From positions 62,001 through 126,000 of the forward strand of contig NIVC01001520.1 in the NCBI GenBank assembly GCA_002269645.1: a DNA stretch of 64,000 nucleotides. The letters are read 5' to 3'. Source of the DNA: Macrostomum lignano. Taxonomy: Eukaryota. The stretch's first letter is position 1. Each line of letters starts with the position of its first letter. A program made the translations under genes and the position numbers. A model generated the notes under the pieces. That model made no database searches, had not been told where the DNA came from, and saw only the letters and a program-made list of their open reading frames with translations. This document shows positions 13,082 through 25,454 of this stretch, piece by piece.

Positions 13082-13744
13082 ATGTCTTCTTCAGTGTCGT
13101 CATCGACCGCTTCGCACTCAACTCATTATGGTTGGCGTCAGCGCGTCGCTTCGCCGAGCTACTTCGCTTTCAACGCTCGCGCCCTTCTAGCGCTGTCAAT
13201 CTGTCTCATAACGCTGGAGAGTTTCCAGTACCTGCACTGCTGTCTAGCCCGCCTGCGTTGCATTCTTATGTACACAGATGCCTTCTCTTCGGCGCTTCAC
13301 GGATGCGCTCTGCTTGTTGGGCTGTACATCATTTTGCCCAGCTTGCTCAGTCTATTCGCCTCTTCGGACAGCGGGGCCGCCGATCTGCCTCGGCGTCTTC
13401 AAGCGGTTGCTGCCAGCGCCGTTGCGTCTGTTGTTGGCGCCGCTCTGACCCTACTGCTGCTAGCCTGCTCCACAGTTGAGGTGGCGCAATATTCTCACTT
13501 TTTCGTCGCCGCCGCTTCGTACAGGGAGCGTGCGCATGTCAGCATCAACCTGGTCGCCTGTCTGTTTGGAATCGCCTTTGCCGGCGTGGCCCTCGCGTTC
13601 CTGGTCATGCAAGCTAAGGTTGCCACTGACGGTGTGTTGGCCGTCTATCGAAAGCGGCAGACCGCAGCGCCACAGCATCTTCAGCTGCTGGAGTCGCAGG
13701 CAGATCTGCCTGCTGACAATCGTGGAAGCTCCGATGTAAACTAG
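13082..13744 (+). CDS. Orphan single-exon multi-pass membrane protein, 220 aa, about 4 TM segments
   Basis: ATG-initiated GC-rich ORF with four hydrophobic stretches (ALLALSICLITL, ALHGCALLVGLYIILPSLLSL, SVVGAALTLLLLACS, LVACLFGIAFAGVALAFLVM). AATAAA about 45 nt after the stop. Confidence 0.75.
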   Translation: MSSSVSSSTASHSTHYGWRQRVASPSYFAFNARALLALSICLITLESFQYLHCCLARLRCILMYTDAFSSALHGCALLVGLYIILPSLLSLFASSDSGAADLPRRLQAVAASAVASVVGAALTLLLLACSTVEVAQYSHFFVAAASYRERAHVSINLVACLFGIAFAGVALAFLVMQAKVATDGVLAVYRKRQTAAPQHLQLLESQADLPADNRGSSDVN

Positions 13745-14144
13745 AATAGAAATATACAGTAGTTTACTTTAATTATATATATGGTGTAAAATAAATCTTA
13801 TGTACAAACAAAAAACAAGGATTTGTCCAATTTTTTGGTCTTTTGTCTTCAACTCGGTATTCGATTATTTTGCAGGAAAATTTTAGGTGAGTTTTTGCAA
13901 GAATTTAGATGGCAATAGGGAAGTTATAGAGGTACAGTAAATGCATTTTAAATGTTCGTACAATAACATGTACAATTAATGTTTCATAATTTTCTGAGTT
14001 TTAGCCTTTCAATATATCGCTAATGAAAATTGCTGCATGTACTTCTTGCAGCTGTAATCGACTTCGGAGTATTTTTATATATGTAAGAAGACTAGTGTAT
14101 GTCCAAGCCGATGATCGTTCTTTTACTTATTTTTTCTTTGAATA

Positions 14145-14889
14145 TAGCTTTTTGCAGCCCATTTGGGCTTACGCGCATTGAATTTTATCCAAGATACGTT
14201 TGCCAATGTAATGGACTTTTGTCTATGGTAGCAAGGCTGGCACAGCGGCATTTAATTTGGTCCAACAAGCATCAATTTGATCCATTTAGTTCATTTGCAG
14301 CTCAGTCCCAGAATTGTGGACCATATGCTAGGCTGTTGAACGAATGTCATTGGCTTGTGATCGAAGCACTCGACGGAGGTAAACACCCAAAGGACATTGC
14401 AAGGTTGCTGAATGTAAAAGAAAAGGTGGCTTACAGCATCCAGCAGTGCGTTGAAACTCTGCCGGCAGAGATTGCCTGCGAAAGGGTGGCAATCGCCAAG
14501 GAAAGTTGCTCGAGAGCCTCAGGTCCAACTGCTACTCGATGCAGTTGAGACGAACCCTTTGTTGACGTTTCAGAAAATGCAGCAGAAGTTGAGGGAACAG
14601 CTCCAGTTGGTTATCAGATTTCGACTATCAGCAGAGCTCTGGAAAAGCAACTGAAAACTTTTGGTAGAGACGCTGACATTCCAGCGGTGCGCAACAACCT
14701 GCAGACGGTTGAGAGAAGGCAAGAGTTTGTCCAATGGCTCACGAGTGTTTGGACCAAATGGATGCTTTTTGGACCAAATTAAATGCCGCTGCGCCAGCCT
14801 TGCTACCTAGACAAAAGCTCTGTTCCATTGGCAAACGTATCTTGGATTAAATTAAATGCGCGTAAGCCCAAATGGGCAGCAAAATGCTA
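14145..14889 (+). mobile_element. Internally deleted IS630-Tc1-mariner element with ~140-bp TIRs and TA duplication
   Basis: 14145-14285 is the near-perfect reverse complement of 14748-14889, flanked as aaTA...TAtt. The interior encodes a frameshifted HTH-type transposase N-terminus (GGKHPKDIARLLNV, ETNPLLTFQKMQQKL, TISRAL, RNNLQTVERRQEFVQWL). No DDE domain. Confidence 0.9.
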
Positions 14890-15233
14890 TATTACCAGCT
14901 GTCCGTTGTGCAAAGCTCATGCCTTACATGTACATCACAGGTAAGTAAACAAGGATCCACATTAACAAAAAACGCATAGAAATTTTTTAAGGATAAAATA
15001 ATTAAATTACTTTAACATCCTAAGAGTCTTTTGAGCTTAGGAATTTTATTTAAACATAAAATTTGTTTTTTATGCAAAAATTGTTTTTGATGACTTTTGA
15101 AATTAGAAAAAGCCTTTTTTGTTCGATTGTGTCATGGTATAATCTAATGACCCATGCAAGCAAACTGAAGGTTTAGTGAACAACATCGTTTTATTAACAT
15201 CAAAGAGAAGGTTTACCATCCGGAAGCTGTATA

Positions 15234-18200
15234 ATGGCAACCAACGATACAGCGAAGACAGACAACACGGAGACGAAGGCTGAAAAGAAGGTTGTAGGTA
15301 AGTCAAGAAATTTACTTAATCGAGGCTCAAACCTAGTGCTAGTACCAGTACTAGGCCTAGTAGAAGCTTACAGTAGCCCATATTGATTATACGTGGTTAT
15401 CGATGTAATATTATTGAAACATTTTATAACTAAATGTTTTTACATGTAACAGACAGATGGATAATATTTGCCTTTAATAATATTAATTAATAGACCTCGA
15501 CCCAATTAAATAGCATAGGTCTAGGCTAGTGTAGACTAGTCTAGGCGTAATATAGTAAGCTAAGCTAAAAGGTCGGCGATCCTACAGTTTTCCGCTTTTA
15601 ATTTTTTTTCAAAAAATTACAGCAAGCACAGCAGGAATAAGAAATGACGATAAACTTATATAATAGTCACTCATGATAGTCACAACAGTTAACATGGATA
15701 ATAATGGCGTATCCAATACAACATGTTCCTGAATTGGCGCTCTTGAAATAGCCGGCGCCATAAAAACTCTTGGAGGTACGTCTCGAACAGGCCATTTGCA
15801 GTACTATGCATCGCCCAGTACTTGGCCTTGCGGGTACAGCCGAAATCATCATATTCAAAATTGTCATATGATGATGACGACTTGAACAAATCTCGAAGAC
15901 TTAAACATTTAAATATGATGACTTTGACCAAAGGCAAGGGTGTATTAATTTTGGATTTTTCTACCTTCAGGCAAAAATCCCTTGCATATGCACCCGTAAT
16001 TTTTATATTAACTGTGTCAATTAATGCTGATTCACCCCTGATTGCTGCATCAGCAATCAGGGTCGGCGTTGTGTTCGCGCGAATTAATCCAAAGAAATTG
16101 TGCAGACGAATCATAATGAAATTTTCTTTCTCCTGCTTATTCCAACAGCCGGGTTCTCAAGTCTAATAAATCTAATAAAACTATAAAATAAAACTAACAA
16201 GTCTAAAGTGCGCAAAACTAATAAATAAATTTGAACTAAACTGTTGAACGCAAAAGGAAAAAGACACGAAAAAGAAAAAGGAAAAGGGGGTTGAAAATTA
16301 GGTGGCACATCAAGGCAATATAAATATTAAAAAAAGGAGGTTACAATCAATGGGTGGGGGTGCCGCTGGATACACTGGACCAAAAATCCCATGCGTGGAG
16401 ACTACCGATGGAATGGCTCACAAACATGCAAGCAACAAAATTAAAACAAAAGTTTTGACCAAGATTTGACCAAGACCTACTTTTCTAACCAAAGGAAGAA
16501 CAGAACAATTTCTGGAACCTCCAGTCAATAGAAATGTGACAAAAATTGAACAATGAGCGGACAAAAATTAAACGTTTGTAGCAGTTTTCCTTTTAAATGA
16601 GTTATTAAAGTAATAGTTATTAGTTCAAATATCAATTAAGTGGCACCCGACTGCCACACATGACTACTGAGAATACACTGTAAATTGTTTTAATTTGTTG
16701 GCAAACAAGAACACGCTGCCGCCATGAGCTAAGATCCTTGCGCAGCCAATGCAATACAATATGACAATTTAGTGAATGCAGCATTGTCCAATACTAAGAT
16801 GATGACGATTTAGATAATTTAGTTGTTTTTCTTGTAAGCCGCAGATGACGATCTCGAATATGACGACTTCGGCTGGAACCAGAGTGATTAATGGTCGCAT
16901 GATTGGCCAGTTGATTATAGGTAGCCTACTGGTCAGTGATCACTCGGAAAAGCCGAAAAATAATTAAAAGTGGGAAACTATAGGATTGCCAAAAGGTCTA
17001 CGTACTACTACTGGCTGCTAGACCTAAAATTAGGCCTATATGTAGCCTTATTAAATTTATCCATTTTTTGTTTTATGACATGTTTAGTCTAGACATAGGC
17101 CTAGGGCAATTGTCAACATCAAGTTCCATCTATTAAATTATTTTGACTCTAGAAATGTACTATACAAACTATTTTAAGTACAAATAAATACTTTTAAGAG
17201 ACTTAAGCCTGATTAAGCACTAATTCTATGCTTCAGAACTTGTTATAATGTATCTGACACCAAAAAGCTGCAATAGGGTCTATGGCCAAAATGTTAACAA
17301 GTGAATGAGTCTTGACAGAAACAAATAAAAAGTATTATTGTCTATGGTCAAACTGCCAACAAACAGCAGAAGCTTTGCATGCTATAGACATAGTAATAGG
17401 AAATCCATAATAGGATATTCCCAAATGGGTTCATTGGGTTTAGTTGATGCAACAATTCCTCTAAATATATTTCAAATAAGGCTTATAAAGTCCCATGCAT
17501 GGTGTGCAGCATAGCCTTACTAAATTTAAGACTTTACATTTATTTATTTGTTATTTGTCTACTTGTTAAAGATCATTGATGTTTAAACTTGACTATAGGG
17601 CCATTCCATATAATTATAGTCATAACACGACAGGCTATTTTTACTTATAAAATGAAATCTAATCATAGAATATACTAAACCAATATTTTCAATGGAAGAT
17701 TATTTTGTCAAAAGTATTTTTACATAGTTTAAAATAGATATCATCAATAGTATAAATGCTATTAAACCTTGAATGGCACTTATGGTGGTAACAAAAGGTA
17801 AAAGTCTTATAACATTTATTATTTTTGATATTTTGCAACAAATTTTTTAAATTTGACTAAGAACATCTTAAGAAATCATACTCATTTATTAGAATATGTA
17901 AACTCATAAAGGCAACAAAGATACAAAAGAAAAGGCAGCCTTATGGTCGTAACATTATGGTTGTAACATATTTTTTGTCAATTCAATAACTTTGAGTTAC
18001 CAATATATTAAAAATGTAAAATAGTATATGATGGCTAATGCTTTTATTTGATTATGCAAGTACTATAATTTTATCTATAGTTTGTTTCAACATTCCAAAG
18101 CTTTTTATTTGTTTTCAAGAGGTACACAAATTTAATGATATCTTTTGCTTAGAAAAATGTCCAAATTTTTACAAAAATTGCTTTTTGCCAATTGATAACA

Positions 18201-21200
18201 TACTAATCCAACATTTTACCATTCATTTATTCTTAGATTGTATATATTACACAAAAACATTTGGCAAAAAAATTGGCTGATAAGGCAATGGCAAGCCAAA
18301 TGTTCTGGCCATAGACTATTGCAGCTTTTCAGTGTCAGATACATTATAACAAGTTTTGAAGCATAGAATTAGTTCTTAATCAGGCTTAAGAACTAATTAA
18401 ATTATATTGCATTAAATTGTGCCAAATTAAAAGTATTTATTTATACTTAAAATAGATTGTATAGTATTTTTCTAGAGTCAAAATAATTTAACAAACAAAA
18501 GTTGACAATTGCCAGACATAGTTACATGAAAAGATATCCAACTAGAAAAAATGCCATATCTATATATCATGCTGTAGCCTTCTATAACAGCTTATAATAT
18601 GACATTTTATTGCCAATAAAACATGGCATTTTCTGCACTTTAAAATCTCTAAGCTATAGTATAGTAGGCCCTATTAAAAAATAAAAATATATTTTAGGCC
18701 CTAGTACATAGGTTGGCAATCTTTTTCCACTTGAGGGCCAGATAAGGTTTTCAGTTCAAGACCACGGGCCCATAGTCAGGATCATGGCATGCCTATGCTG
18801 GAATAAATCCTATCAAAAAAGTTTGATGTGCCATGCGCTAGAAAAAATCTTATCAAAAAAGTTTGCTTGTGCCATGCACTAGAACTATTCTTATCAAAAA
18901 GGTTTGCTGGTGCTATATATTGAAACTTTAAAAAAATACAAAAATCAATAATTTCCATTTGAAAAATACCAGTAAAACTTGTATTTGAATCTGTTTCATA
19001 GAAAATGCAATGTTAATGTAAATTAATTAACAAGCTATCAATACACTGGCAAACAAAAAGTGCTAATAACAAGAAATTATACATGTTAATTTTCTGTTAG
19101 AGAAAATATTGTCTTGTTGGAAGTTTTTTTCTTGTATCAAATTGTGCCAATTTTTTGTTTTGCACCTTATTGTGCCAGATTTTTCCCCTTGCCTACTTTT
19201 GCACCAGTGTGGCGCAGGTCCAACCCCTTTTTGTGTCGGAATTTTCCATGAAAAAGGCCATCTTCTTGACTATGGCCATGGGCCACAGGTTGCCCCCCAG
19301 AATCTGCCCCCCCCCCCCTAAGTCTTTACCCTCCAACCCTCCAGAATCAATTTCCTGGGTCTTTACTATACATGCGCAACCTTAGTATTCATCTGGTTGT
19401 TTCTATTGGCAACATACACATAAGTTGCTATTGGCTAAGAGCAGTCATGTGACTACTATTCCGTCTAATAGCAATCTACTTGTATATGTTGCCAATAGAA
19501 ACAGCTGGGTGAATCCCTAGGTTGTGCCTAAGCATGGTCTTTACCCTCCAGAATCTGCCCCTTCCCTCGGTCTTTACCCTCTAGAATATGCCCCCTAGGT
19601 CTTTACCCTCTAGAATCTGCCCCCCCCCTGGGTCTTTACCCTCTAGAATCCACCTCTGGGTCTTTACTTACATTACTAAATTTGTACTCCCATTGTTGGC
19701 CTACCACCACCTCACTTTCCTTTGCTGCCAGTTCTCCTATTTCTATTCTATTCGAAAGTTTGAACTAATGTGCTGTCTATCTAGAGTTTATAAACAGCCA
19801 CTTACACAATCAGTTTGTCTCATTACTAATTTGTTATTAAAGTTGGCAACTGAGGAAAGAAATTCCCCATTTTTATTGTACAAAACTTTTGTGGGAGAAA
19901 CAATGAAGTTACAATAAAGGTGCGGGCCAGATTATAATATTTAAGATTAAGGAAGTTCATAGCTGCATAGAAAGTCTTTGCGGGCAGGAGGTTGCCGACC
20001 CCTGCCCTAGTATTTCTTTAGGCTTAGCAATATTTTACTTTGCATGTTTAATTATTTTCTTAGAATTTGCAATTCAAATGAGCATAGAGTAATAAGGCTT
20101 GGAAGATTTGTCTTAGACATATCTAACTATTAGTTGGATAGATATTAGATAGGCCTAGACTTAATCAGGATTCGGTGGTTAGGCCTAGTCAATATAAGGC
20201 AAATGCAATAGACTCATAGGCTTAGTAGCCTAACTCAAGCAATCATGCAACTCAATTATCTTAGTGTATCACTAAAACTATGGCTGGCTACCCATTTGTA
20301 CCTACAATCTATAACCATTGTTTATTGTTGCTTTTTTATCTATAAGTCCATTTATTCTCTAATTTAAGGCCTAGTCAGCTAGATAACTATTGTAACTCAT
20401 CATTCTTTATTGAATCTATATTCATCAATAAACTGAATTGAAACTATAAAGCTTAGTTTTCAAAGAAAATAATGAAATATCCAAAAGTAAAATATTGCTG
20501 GTTCTCTTAATGCCTCTAACAAAAAACAATGTGTGCAAAATAGTTAATATTTTTAATCATTTTAAATTAGAACGTGTTACTTGTAATGATCTTTCTCAAT
20601 AGTGTGATTTATTCTTATGCTTTATCCTTATTTCCTCCTTTATTTCAATGGAAGCCATAGCTGCAGCCTCTAAAAGTGATTTAATCATGAACAAACAATA
20701 GAGTAAGATAAATGCATATCTATATATATATTCAAGTATATCCAATTCAATAGGAAACTTTTTAACTTTTTTGATAATATATAATCAAACTACTGCTTCT
20801 TGTGCCCCTCCTATGATAACTTTGTAGTACCCAGGTTCATTAGTATTGGCAATATTAGAAGTTTCATTGTTAGCTATATTGTATACATTGTGCAACCTCT
20901 CAAAAAGCAATTTTAGCTATCAAAATCTGTGCTACCATAAGTAACAATTGTTACACTGCACAACCCCTCATATCAAAGGCAAACTACTTAGTGATGTCCA
21001 TAAATTTCTGCAACATTTATAGGTGAGAGGCTGAGCAGTGTAAAGAGTAAGGTAGAGGTGTTTGTATTGAGCAGTTTTCAGTGCATTCCACTATTCCACT
21101 TTTTTCAATCTGGCATTCTAAGTTTGGACCCAGAGTGAATGATTAGTTTCATACACTATATATGTGCCTAATAGTGAAATGCATTGCCTATTAAAACGCA

Positions 21201-21471
21201 GCCACAAAGGTCACTGGCACAGTGAAGTGGTTCAACGTGAAAAACGGCTATGGTTTTGTCAACCGAGACGACACTAAAGAGGACATCTTCGTCCACCAGT
21301 CCGCCATTGTGAAGAACAATCCGCGCAAATTTCAACGCAGCGTTGGCGACGGCGAACAAGTGGAATTTGATGTAGTGCAAGGCGACAAAGGCCTGGAGGC
21401 GGCTAATGTTACTGGACCAGGTGGTACCGCTGTCAAAGGCAGCGAGTACGCTGCTGACAGGCAGAGCAACC

Positions 21472-21513
<42 letters not shown>

Positions 21514-24180
21514 GTGGTCGCGGGGGCGGCGGTTACCGGTCTGGCGGCGGTGGCGGCGGCGGCGATCAGGTACTTCTAATACGAGTGTATTAATAGATTT
21601 GCTTGGAATTCCGTATATTTTATATTTAACCTATATTTCTATCTTTTTTGCTTCGACAAAATCTGTCTCCCATGCATTATTCTCCTCATCACCCCATCCA
21701 CCTGTCTCCCATATTCCTCCTTATCACCCCATCCACCTGTCTCCCATATTCCTCCTTATCACCCCATCCACCTGTCTCCCATATTCCTCCTCATCACCCC
21801 ATCCACCTGTCTCCCATATTCCTCCTCATCACCCCATCCACCTGTCTCCCATATTCTCCTCATTACCTCCATCCACCTGTCTCCCATATTCTCCTCATCA
21901 CCCCATCCACCTGTCTCCCATATTCCTCCTCATCACCCCATCCACCTGTCTCCCATATTCCTCCTCATCACCCCATCCATCTGTCTCCCATATTCTCCTC
22001 ATCACCCCATCCACCTGTCTCCCATATTCCTCCTTATCACCCCATCCACCTGTCTCCCATATTCCTCCTCATCACCCCATCCACCTGTCTCCCATATTCC
22101 TCCTCATCACCCCATCCACCTGTCTCCCATATTCTCCTCATTACCTCCATCCACCTGTCTCCCATATTCTCCTCATCACCCCATCCACCTGTCTCCTATA
22201 TTCTCCTCATCACCCCATCCACCTGTCTCCCATATTCCTCCTCATCACCCCATCCACCTGTCTCCTATATTCTCCTCGTCATCCCATCCACCTGTCTCCC
22301 ATATTCCTCCTCATCACCCCATCCACCTGTCTCCCATATTCCTTCTCATCACCCCATCCACCTGTCTCCCATATTCCTCCTTATCACCCCATCCACCTGT
22401 CTCCCATATTCCTCCTCATCACCCCATCCACCTGTCTCCCATATTCCTCCTCATCACCCCATCCACCTGTCTCCCATATTCTCCTCATTACCTCCATCCA
22501 CCTGTCTCCCATATTCTCCTCATCACCCCATCCACCTGTCTCCTATATTCTCCTCATCACCCCATCCACCTGTCTCCCATATTCCTCCTCATCACCCCAT
22601 CCACCTGTCTCCTATATTCTCCTCGTCATCCCATCCACCTGTCTCCCATATTCCTCCTCATCACCCCATCCACCTGTCTCCCATATTCCTTCTCATCACC
22701 CCATCCACCTGTCTCCCATATTCTCCTCATTACCTCCATCCACCTGTCTCCCATATTCCTCCTCATCACCCCATCCACCTGTCTCCTATATTCTCCTCAT
22801 CACCCCATCCACCTGTCTCCCATATTCCTCATCACCCCATCCATCTGTCTCCCATATTCTCCTCATCACCCCATCCACCTGTCTCCCATATTCTCTTAGA
22901 TTTCCATCATTACTCAGTTAGCTGTCTTCTATATTCACTTATTAGGTTAGAGTTTAGTTTATGTTAGGGCTAGTAGTCAGAATCGTGGCAGTCAAATTGT
23001 TGGAAGTGAGATAGCTAGCAGTCGAATTACCGGCAGTCAGCTGTACCCCGCTCAGTCCCATGCGCAAGTGAAGCTGTCAATCAGCAATTCCCCTCTGGTC
23101 ATGCGCAAGTGAAGCTGTCAATCAGCAATTCCCCTCCGGCCATGCGCAAGTGAAGCTATCAATCAGCAATTCCCCTCCGGCCATGCGCAACAGGACGGTG
23201 ACGGTTTTACTGAAGCTCCGGCTAGCCGCGGCGGTCGCGGCGGCTTCCGCGGTGGTCGCGGTGGCGGACGAGGCGGCGGACGAGGCGGTGGCGGTGGCAG
23301 CGACGGCTATTACTTCACGCCAAGGCGCTTTGACGGTCCCTCTGGTGGCGGCGGCGGTGGCAGGGGCCGCGGTGGAACTGGCCGCGGTCAGGGCGAGCGA
23401 CGTCGCGGTGGAGGCAACAAAGAGGTGAGCTGCTTGGATTTTCGGCTCACTGAATTCCGGTCTCTTCGGGATCCCATCCATGATTAAGGGTAGCAGGATC
23501 CTATCAGAGGATCTGTGAGGATTGCAGGATCTCATCGAAGGGTCTGTGAGGATTGCAGGGTCCCATCGAAGGGTCTGTGAGGATTGCAGGATCCCATCAA
23601 AGGGTCTGAGGATTGCAGGATCCCATCGAAGGGTCTGTGAGGATTGCAGGATCCCATCAAAGGGTCTGTGAGGATTGCAGGATCCCATCAAAGGGTCTGT
23701 GAGGATTGCAGGGTCCCATCGAAGGGTCTGTGAGGATTGCAGGATCCCATCAAAGGGTCTGTGAGGATTGCAGGGTCCCATCAAAGGGTCTGTGAGGATT
23801 GCAGGATCCCATCAAAGGGTCTGTGAGAATTGCAGGGTCCCATCAAAGGGTCTGTGAGGATTGCAGGGTCCCATCGAAGGGTCTGTGAGGATTGCAGGGT
23901 CCCATCAAAGGGTCTGTGAGGATTGCAGGGTCCCATCAAAGGGTCTGTGAGGATTGCAGGGTCCCATCAAAGGGTCTGTGAGGATTGCAGGGTCTCATCA
24001 AAGGGTCTGTGAGGATTGCAGGGTCCCATCAAAGGGTCTGTGAGGATTGCAGGGTCCCATCAAAGGGTCTGTGAGGATTGCAGGGTCCCATCAAAGGGTC
24101 TGTGAGGATTGCAGGGTCCCATCAAAGGGTCTGTGAGGATTGCAGGGTCCCATCAATTCCAATTTCAGGCCGCCGAGTAA
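15234..24180 (+). CDS. YBX1: Y-box binding protein (cold-shock domain plus RGG tail)
   Basis: Exons 15234-15297 ([21 protein letters not shown]), 21202-21569 ([36 protein letters not shown]...), 23194-23424 (RGG-rich) and 24169-24180 (AAE-stop). Phases 1,0,0 are consistent. The KKVV|A intron position and terminal AE match what I recall of YBX1. The symbol indicates family, not proven orthology. Confidence 0.92.
15575..16990 (-). mobile_element. Non-autonomous Merlin (IS1595-like) DNA transposon in Y-box intron 1
   Basis: TIRs 15575-15610 and 16955-16990 (GGCGATCCTACAG / GGCAATCCTATAG, 31/36 identical), with an exact 8-bp TSD AAAAGGTC on both sides. Carries a transposase C-terminal remnant. 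Confidence 0.9.
15689..15835 (-). pseudogene. Merlin transposase 3' remnant
   Basis: [47 protein letters not shown] matches the YLxEFxWRR...I...YP C-terminal signature of Merlin/IS1595 transposases. Confidence 0.8.
17105..18513. mobile_element. Long-TIR non-autonomous element, probably Merlin-type, in Y-box intron 1
   Basis: About 17105-17295 is the imperfect reverse complement of about 18308-18513, with termini GGCAATTGTC/GACAATTGCC. AGACATAG occurs directly right of the element and 6 nt left of the left TIR (candidate 8-bp TSD). Confidence 0.75.
18707..20004. mobile_element. Non-autonomous hAT element in Y-box intron 1
   Basis: Right TIR GGTTGCCGACCCCTG (19990-20004) and left TIR CATAGGTTGGCAATC (11/15 match), with exact 8-bp TSD CCCTAGTA on both sides and subterminal GGGCCAGAT motifs. 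Confidence 0.88.
21660..22890. repeat. 34-35-bp pyrimidine-rich minisatellite (CCCCATCCACCTGTCTCCCATATTCCTCCTCATCA)n, Y-box intron 2
   Basis: Direct reading. Source of the spurious 440-aa ORFs in the track. Confidence 0.97.
23059..23190. repeat. 41-bp tandem repeat, about 3 copies, abutting the Y-box exon 3 acceptor
   Basis: CATGCGCAAGTGAAGCTGTCAATCAGCAATTCCCCTC recurs. The last partial copy CATGCGCAACAG forms the splice acceptor. Confidence 0.9.
23500..24155. repeat. 31-bp minisatellite (GGGTCTGTGAGGATTGCAGGGTCCCATCAAA)n, Y-box intron 3
   Basis: Direct reading. Confidence 0.97.
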
Positions 24181-25454
24181 GGATAAATGGATTTGATATT
24201 GAATGATGCAAACACAGGCAGCGAGACTCGTGCAGCGGTGGATTGCGGTGTGCGGTAGACAAGCAGACATGGCGGAGCGAAATCGCTTTTCCGAAGTTTC
24301 CTAATTACCGCTTTAACCATCATTACGTAACATTATTATTATTATTATTGTATTGCCATCGCTCACCCTGCTCACTCTCACTCAAAGTCAACACGCAAGA
24401 TTGCTAAAAGTATAATCAATCCAACTGATATACGAAGTCTGCTTTTCTTCTAGCAGGTCTGTTGAAAACTTTTTAAGTTTTGGTAAATATCTGGCCGGAT
24501 GTCAGGCGGTTATATACCTCGTATTGACAGCATCATGGATTCTGTTTTGATCTTTTAATGAGCTTTGGTTACAGTATAATAATTGTTTGACAAATTTGGA
24601 ATGCATAGTTGAATAAATTGTCAGCTTCGTCTTATTCGTTTCTTATGTACTGTAGTTTTTTACTAAGAAGGAATATTCTATTGTTTTAGCTAGATATTAA
24701 AAAAGAAAAAAATATTCTCAGACGTTATATCGGGTGCTTATATTTTATCTAATATAGCCTATCTGCAGTACTGGTACTAAAGATTTATTGCGTTTTTTGC
24801 TTGCTTGTTTTTTTTGTTTTTTTTCTGCTATGCATCAGTTTGCATTGGCCACACGTTTTTGTTTTAATCAGGTTTATTTTTTAATTAAAAAATAAGAGGA
24901 TGAAAACGCATGTAGAATTAATTTGGTGTGGTGTCATTATCAAATTAGTTCAGAATTTTTTTAATCGTGTTTTTACGAGCGTAAATTTAAATTAAAATGC
25001 TCATGCGCGTTCTTTTCTACTATCAGTAGGATTATTACATAAGCTTTAATTTATTTCCTAACTGCAGTTTTTCTGTCTATGTGTTTCGTTCTACATTTTT
25101 CTTCTCTAACTTTGCTAAACTCGAACGATGATTTAAAGCGTGGTTTCGGCTAACTCTATTTAAATCCCTGGTTTCTCTTAAACCCCCGTAATGCGCTTAC
25201 CATTTTCATCATTTTGACAGCTTGTCTGACGATTAATCAAGTAGAATTGAGAAAGCTGAGAGTTTGTTAAAACCGCTGCACCCTGCCGATATGTTTCGAT
25301 GTAGATTGAATTGAGATGAAATACACAGGCTGCTGTGTAGGGCTATTGGCCATATTAATTTTTGTGGCATTTTTAGCTCGTGTGTTAGGCTCGCTTTTTG
25401 AACAGAAAAAACTTAAACGGGTTCGCCTTCTCTTTGTTTCAATTCACTCCTTTG

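Noticed and set aside
21599-22967. 440-aa and 439-aa Pro/His-rich ORFs
   Set aside because: They are translations of the 34-35-bp intronic minisatellite inside the Y-box gene.
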